A DNA stretch of 63,191 nucleotides, counting the filler. It is 5 parts of 5 records of this genome, joined end to end, with 100 filler letters (N's around TTAATTAATTAA, not from the genome) between each part and the next. Parts side by side here need not be neighbours in the genome. Positions count along the whole stretch, not along the records: positions 51,224 to 63,191 come from SRR2962707_2564; 4 more parts are not named here. One strand, 5' to 3'. A program made the translations under genes and the position numbers. Below are positions 58,573 through 63,191 of this stretch, one piece after another (position 1 is the stretch's first letter; each line of letters opens with the position of its first letter). The notes beneath the pieces were generated by a model that had not been told where the DNA came from, did not search any database, and saw nothing but the letters and a program-made list of their open reading frames with translations.

Positions 58573-60540
58573 TCACTGTGCTGCAATAGTTTCCGGGTCT
58601 GCCAGTATTACGATATCTTGCATGATTGTATTCAACTCAAAGTCTTTTGGCGTATAAACCCGCGCCACACCCATTCCGAGAAGTCTTGTTTTATCGTCTT
58701 CTGGAATGATACCGCCCACAACTACAGGGATATTCCCAAGACCAGCTTCGCGCATTTGGTTCATTAGATCTTCGACCAGCGGAATATGAGACCCCGAAAG
58801 AATAGAAAGTCCAACAACATGGTGGCTGCCGTCTTTCGCGGCTTGTACGATTTCGGAAGGGGTTAGACGAATTCCCTCATAGGCGATGTCCATGCCGCAA
58901 TCGCGGGCGCGTACGGCAATTTGTTCTGCGCCGTTCGAATGGCCATCAAGCCCTGGCTTGCCAACAAGAAAGCTTAGACGGCGGCCCAGACGGGTGCTGA
59001 CGGCATCTACGGCCTCGCGCAGATCATCCAAGCCTTCGGTTTTGTTTGACCGACCTGCGGCGACACCCGTCGGCCCCCGATATTCACCATGCACGGCACG
59101 CATTTGCGCGGCCCATTCGCCAGTAGTCACCCCTGCCTTGGCGGCTGCAATTGACGGTCCCATCACATTGCGCCCTTCGGCGGCGGCGGCACGTAGATCG
59201 GCAAGCGCTTTGTCGACGGCGGCCTGATCACGGCCATCACGCCACGCATTCAGACGGTTGATCTGGTCCGCCTCAACGGCGGGGTCAACGACCATGATCC
59301 CACCGTCGCCGGTCATCAGGGGGGATGGTTCGCCCTGCTGCCATTTGTTGACCCCGACAACAATTGTTTCGCCCTGTTCGATCCGGCCCAGACGGTCGGC
59401 GTTGCTTTCGACCAGACGTGATTTCATGTAGTCGATTGCGGAAATTGCACCGCCCATGCCATCAAGGTTGGCCAATTCAGCGCGCGCGCCTTCTTTCAGC
59501 GCTTCGACCTTGCGATCAACAGCCGGATTGCCATCAAACAGGTCATCAAATTCAAGCAAATCCGTTTCATATGCCATGATTTGCTGCATCCGCATCGACC
59601 ATTGCTGGTCCCACGGGCGCGGCAGGCCAAGCGCTTCGTTCCATGCGGGCAATTGAACGGCACGGGCGCGGGCGTTTTTGGAAAGGGTAACGGCCAGCAT
59701 TTCGATCAAGATGCGGTAGACGTTATTTTCGGGCTGCTGTTCCGTCAAACCAAGAGAGTTCACCTGAACGCCATAGCGGAAACGGCGGTATTTGGGGTCT
59801 TCGACGCCATAGCGTTCCAGGCAGATTTCATCCCACAGATCGCCAAAGGCCCGCATTTTGCACATCTCGGTGACGAAACGAATGCCAGCGTTCACAAAGA
59901 ACGATATCCGCCCAACCACGGCCGGGAAATCCTTTTCAGGCACGCGGGGGCGCAAGGCATCCAGAACAGCTGTGGCTGTGGCCAAGGCAAAGGCCAATTC
60001 CTGTTCAGGTGTCGCGCCGGCTTCTTGAAGGTGGTAAGAACACACGTTCATCGGGTTCCATTTCGGCACGTTTGTATAGCAATATTCGGCAACGTCGGCG
60101 ATCATCTTGAGCGACGGGGCAGGCGGGCAGATATAGGTGCCGCGCGACAGGTATTCCTTGATCAGGTCGTTTTGAACTGTGCCCTGCAAGGCGGACACAT
60201 CAGCGCCCTGTTCCTCGGCCACGGCAATATACAGCGCCAACAACCACGGTGCGGTCGCGTTGATCGTCATCGAGGTGTTCATTTGCTCTAGCGGGATATC
60301 TTTGAACAAGGCGCGCATGTCGCCAAGGTGGCTCACCGGAACGCCGACTTTGCCGACCTCGCCCCGCGACAGGATGTGATCGCTGTCATATCCGGTTTGT
60401 GTGGGAAGATCGAAAGCAACAGAAAGGCCGGTCTGACCTTTGGCCAGATTACTGCGGTACAGCGCATTGGATGCCTCGGCGGTAGAGTGTCCGGCGTAGG
60501 TGCGGATGAGCCAAGGGCGGTCTTTGGTTTGTTGCGTCAT
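58573..60540 (-). CDS. ecm: Ethylmalonyl-CoA mutase (MeaA/Ecm), B12-dependent
   Basis: RPWLIRTYAGHS, GLSVAFDLPTQ, CSYHLQEAGA, GKPGLDGHSNG; near ccr. Confidence 0.93.
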   Translation of the reverse strand: MTQQTKDRPWLIRTYAGHSTAEASNALYRSNLAKGQTGLSVAFDLPTQTGYDSDHILSRGEVGKVGVPVSHLGDMRALFKDIPLEQMNTSMTINATAPWLLALYIAVAEEQGADVSALQGTVQNDLIKEYLSRGTYICPPAPSLKMIADVAEYCYTNVPKWNPMNVCSYHLQEAGATPEQELAFALATATAVLDALRPRVPEKDFPAVVGRISFFVNAGIRFVTEMCKMRAFGDLWDEICLERYGVEDPKYRRFRYGVQVNSLGLTEQQPENNVYRILIEMLAVTLSKNARARAVQLPAWNEALGLPRPWDQQWSMRMQQIMAYETDLLEFDDLFDGNPAVDRKVEALKEGARAELANLDGMGGAISAIDYMKSRLVESNADRLGRIEQGETIVVGVNKWQQGEPSPLMTGDGGIMVVDPAVEADQINRLNAWRDGRDQAAVDKALADLRAAAAEGRNVMGPSIAAAKAGVTTGEWAAQMRAVHGEYRGPTGVAAGRSNKTEGLDDLREAVDAVSTRLGRRLSFLVGKPGLDGHSNGAEQIAVRARDCGMDIAYEGIRLTPSEIVQAAKDGSHHVVGLSILSGSHIPLVEDLMNQMREAGLGNIPVVVGGIIPEDDKTRLLGMGVARVYTPKDFELNTIMQDIVILADPETIAAQ

Positions 60541-60622
60541 GGTGCGGCCTCTCGTGAATTGGTCGAGCAATATTATTACCCTGACAGACTGATACTTGAA
60601 ATAATCGGGCGGTGTCAATTCG

Positions 60623-60635
60623 CTGCATCGCGGCA
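60623..60635. promoter_or_regulatory. PhaR-like motif upstream of ecm
   Basis: CTGCATCGCGGCA next to a minus-strand TTGACA; near-identical copy upstream of ccr. Confidence 0.5.
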
Positions 60636-60708
60636 TGTTGATATCGGTTTAAGGGGGAACGTCTGTTTAATATTGCTCAGCCCCTTTTGGTTCTGCAAGG
60701 GTGGGCCA

Positions 60709-62055
60709 ATGACGCAGAGCATTGAACTTCCTATCTGGCTATTTGTCGTGATCTTGCTTTTTGCGGCAGTCACCGCCCTTAGCCATTTTCTATTGCCGTC
60801 CGTGCGCTGGTTCTTTCGCCTGCGCTTAGAACGGGCGGTCGCGCGGTTGAACAAACGGCTGACGCGCCCGATCGAACCTTTCAAGCTGGCCCGTCGTCAC
60901 GATATGATCCAGCGGCTGATCTATGATCCCCAAGTAAGTCAGGCGATCGCGGATCATGCCCGCGCCGAAGGGATTCCCGAAAACGTCGCGTTCGAGCAAG
61001 CCCGCAGATATGCACGCGAGATTGTCCCGAGTTTTAGTGCCTATGCCTATTTCAGCTTTGGCATTCGTCTGGCGCGGTTTCTGGCCAACACATTGTACGA
61101 GGTGCGCACAGGCACAAACAACGCCGCGGTTATCGAAAAAATCCCCAGCGACGCCACAGTGATTTTCATCATGAACCACCGCAGCAACATGGATTATGTA
61201 TTGGTGACCTATCTGGCGGGCGAGGCATCCGCGCTTAGCTATGCGGTGGGGGAATGGGCGCGGGTTTGGCCGCTTAGCCGACTGATCAGATCGATGGGCG
61301 CCTATTTCATCCGGCGCAAATCGCGGGGTGCCTTGTACCGCAAAGTATTGGCGCGTTACGTGCAAAAGGCGACCCAAGGCGGCGTGACCCAAGCGATTTT
61401 CCCAGAGGGCGGGCTGAGCCTTGATGGCAAGTTGATGCCGCCCAAGATGGGGTTGCTCGGCTATGTTCTCGAGACCGATCTTGTGGACCGGGATGTGGTC
61501 TTTGTGCCGGTTGCGATTAACTATGATCGGGTTCTGGAGGACCGGGTGTTGATCGCCGCAGGCCAGGCAGGCACCCGCCGTTTTAAAGCGCGCATATCGG
61601 TAATCTTGATATTCATCCTGCGGAAAACATGGCTGCGGATACGCGGTAAATTTTTGCGCTTTGGCGTGGCGGCAGTGGTTTTTGGGGAACCTGTTCCCTT
61701 GCGCGACTATGGCCCCGATCCCGATGTTGATCTTGTCGCCCAAGATTTGATGGGGCGCATCGCCAGCGAGATGCCAATGCTGTTTGTCCCGCTGATGGCG
61801 CATGCCTTGGTGTCGGCCACGGGGCCGCTGACCGATGACGCCTTGGATGCTGAAATGGCGCGGTTGTTGGCGCTGGCCAAAACCACCATAGACCTCCCGC
61901 ATGATGATTTCGGCGATGGGGTTCAAAAAGCGCGTGAACATTTGCTGCAGCGCGGGATGATACGCGTCGACAAGGATGGTGTCGCAATTGTTGCCGGACA
62001 ACTGCCCGCACTGACCTTCTATGCCAATTCAATCGCGCATTTCTTCGAAAAATAG
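60709..62055 (+). CDS. Glycerol-3-phosphate / lysophospholipid acyltransferase family protein
   Basis: NHRSNMD (HX4D), GAYFIRR, FPEGG. Confidence 0.9.
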   Translation: MTQSIELPIWLFVVILLFAAVTALSHFLLPSVRWFFRLRLERAVARLNKRLTRPIEPFKLARRHDMIQRLIYDPQVSQAIADHARAEGIPENVAFEQARRYAREIVPSFSAYAYFSFGIRLARFLANTLYEVRTGTNNAAVIEKIPSDATVIFIMNHRSNMDYVLVTYLAGEASALSYAVGEWARVWPLSRLIRSMGAYFIRRKSRGALYRKVLARYVQKATQGGVTQAIFPEGGLSLDGKLMPPKMGLLGYVLETDLVDRDVVFVPVAINYDRVLEDRVLIAAGQAGTRRFKARISVILIFILRKTWLRIRGKFLRFGVAAVVFGEPVPLRDYGPDPDVDLVAQDLMGRIASEMPMLFVPLMAHALVSATGPLTDDALDAEMARLLALAKTTIDLPHDDFGDGVQKAREHLLQRGMIRVDKDGVAIVAGQLPALTFYANSIAHFFEK

Positions 62056-62079
62056 GCCGGGCCGTCAATTTTTCTGCAC

Positions 62080-62179
62080 TTGCAAAGTTATAAAATTACA
62101 AATTCGACCCAATTACGGTTGCATTGTTGCGCTTCGAGCAATATCTCACTTTTAGACGCCGCGATTCTGCACTGCGGCA
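62080..62179 (+). promoter_or_regulatory. ccr upstream motifs: 8-nt periodic repeats and a PhaR-like site
   Basis: TTGCAAAG-TTATAAAA-TTACAAAT (62080-62103); CTGCACTGCGGCA (62167-62179). Confidence 0.45.
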
Positions 62180-62207
62180 CAAACGAATTCTGACAGTGGA
62201 GACACCC

Positions 62208-63191
62208 ATGGCCCTGGACACGAACATCGCGCAATATGACGCGCCGGAAAAAGACCTGTACGAAATCGGTGAAATCCCCCCGATGGGGTTCGTACCCAAG
62301 CAAATGTATGCTTGGACAATCCGTCGCGAGCGTCACGGCAACCCAAACACAGCGATGCTGGAAGAAGTGGTGGATGTTCCAACGCTCGACAGCCACGAAG
62401 TGCTGGTTCTGGTGATGGCCGCTGGCGTTAACTATAACGGTGTTTGGGCTGCTTTGGGCAAACCTATCAGCCCGTTTGACGGCCACAAACAGCCCTTTCA
62501 CATCGCTGGTTCCGATGCTTCGGGCATCGTCTGGGCAGTTGGTGACAAGGTAAAGCGCTGGAAAGTCGGCGACGAGGTCGTCATTCACTGTAACCAGGAC
62601 GATGGCGACGACGAGCACTGCAACGGTGGCGACCCGATGTATTCGCCCAGCCAGCGCATCTGGGGCTACGAGACACCCGACGGATCGTTCGCGCAGTTCA
62701 CGAACGTTCAGGCGCAGCAACTTATGCCACGGCCCAAGCATCTGACCTGGGAAGAATCCGCCTGCTATACGCTGACGCTGGCAACCGCCTATCGCATGCT
62801 GTTCGGTCACGAACCACATGACCTAAAGCCCGGCCAAAACGTGCTGGTTTGGGGTGCATCCGGTGGTCTGGGGTCTTATGCGATCCAGTTGATCAATACC
62901 GCGGGTGCGAATGCGATTGGCGTTATCTCGGATGAATCCAAGCGTGATTTCGTTATGGATCTGGGTGCCAAGGGCGTTCTGAACCGCAAAGACTTTAACT
63001 GCTGGGGTCAGATGCCCACGGTGAACACACCTGAATACGCGGCTTGGTTTAAAGAGGCGCGCAAGTTCGGTGCGGCGATCTGGGAAATCACTGGCAAGGG
63101 CGTGAACGTCGATATGGTGTTTGAACACCCCGGCGAGGCGACATTCCCCGTGTCTACATTCGTTTGTAAAAAAGGCGGCATGGTTGTGATC
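62208..63191 (+). CDS. ccr: Crotonyl-CoA carboxylase/reductase (3' truncated; absent from ORF track)
   Basis: MALDTNIAQYDAPEKDLYEIGEIPP...VMAAGVNYNGVW...HIAGSDASG...IWGYETPDGSFAQF...WGASGGLG. Confidence 0.95.
   Translation, partial: MALDTNIAQYDAPEKDLYEIGEIPPMGFVPKQMYAWTIRRERHGNPNTAMLEEVVDVPTLDSHEVLVLVMAAGVNYNGVWAALGKPISPFDGHKQPFHIAGSDASGIVWAVGDKVKRWKVGDEVVIHCNQDDGDDEHCNGGDPMYSPSQRIWGYETPDGSFAQFTNVQAQQLMPRPKHLTWEESACYTLTLATAYRMLFGHEPHDLKPGQNVLVWGASGGLGSYAIQLINTAGANAIGVISDESKRDFVMDLGAKGVLNRKDFNCWGQMPTVNTPEYAAWFKEARKFGAAIWEITGKGVNVDMVFEHPGEATFPVSTFVCKKGGMVVI

Noticed and set aside
60328-60708. 127-aa N-terminal extension of the acyltransferase
   Set aside because: It overlaps the ecm start and promoter; ATG 60709 with an upstream purine-rich RBS is the plausible start.

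Overview
This window is not one locus. It is five sequence blocks joined by 100-nt artificial spacers (N-runs around TTAATTAATTAA). Block 1 (1-7334, Alphaproteobacteria, Thalassospira-like): 5' part of the SRP RNA, nudC, a periplasmic binding protein, DUF1636, LysR and TetR regulators each divergent from a GST, dapE and partial dapD. Block 2 (7435-16589, Gammaproteobacteria, Marinobacter-like): trmJ-cysE-iscR-iscS-ndk-rlmN-pilW-rodZ-ispG-hisS(partial). Block 3 (16690-41828, Marinobacter-like): accessory genes, then a complete petrobactin island (OmpR-family two-component system, TonB receptor, ABC importer, DUF2218, asbABCDEF, MATE) next to trpC and trpD. Block 4 (41929-51123, Hyphomicrobiales, Devosia/Pelagibacterium-like): csbD, GST, a 'glyoxalase-superfamily' small protein with a long structured leader, TauE, a low-GC orphan, DUF1624, a molybdopterin oxidoreductase and a type XI secretion (Slam + cargo) pair. 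Block 5 (51224-63191, Rhodobacteraceae): sdhA/sdhB with two intervening genes, an FAD dehydrogenase, DUF1989, deoD, hns and ethylmalonyl-CoA pathway genes (ecm, ccr). The best leads are: (i) a promoter-delimited, multi-hairpin leader of about 170 nt before the glyoxalase-superfamily gene; (ii) a nearly identical operator/promoter cassette before both the petrobactin receptor and asbA, each followed by an RBS-sequestering hairpin; (iii) a C-rich two-hairpin sRNA candidate between convergent GSTs; (iv) the Slam/cargo pair. Taxonomic and family assignments come from motif recognition by eye; no searches or folding computations were run.
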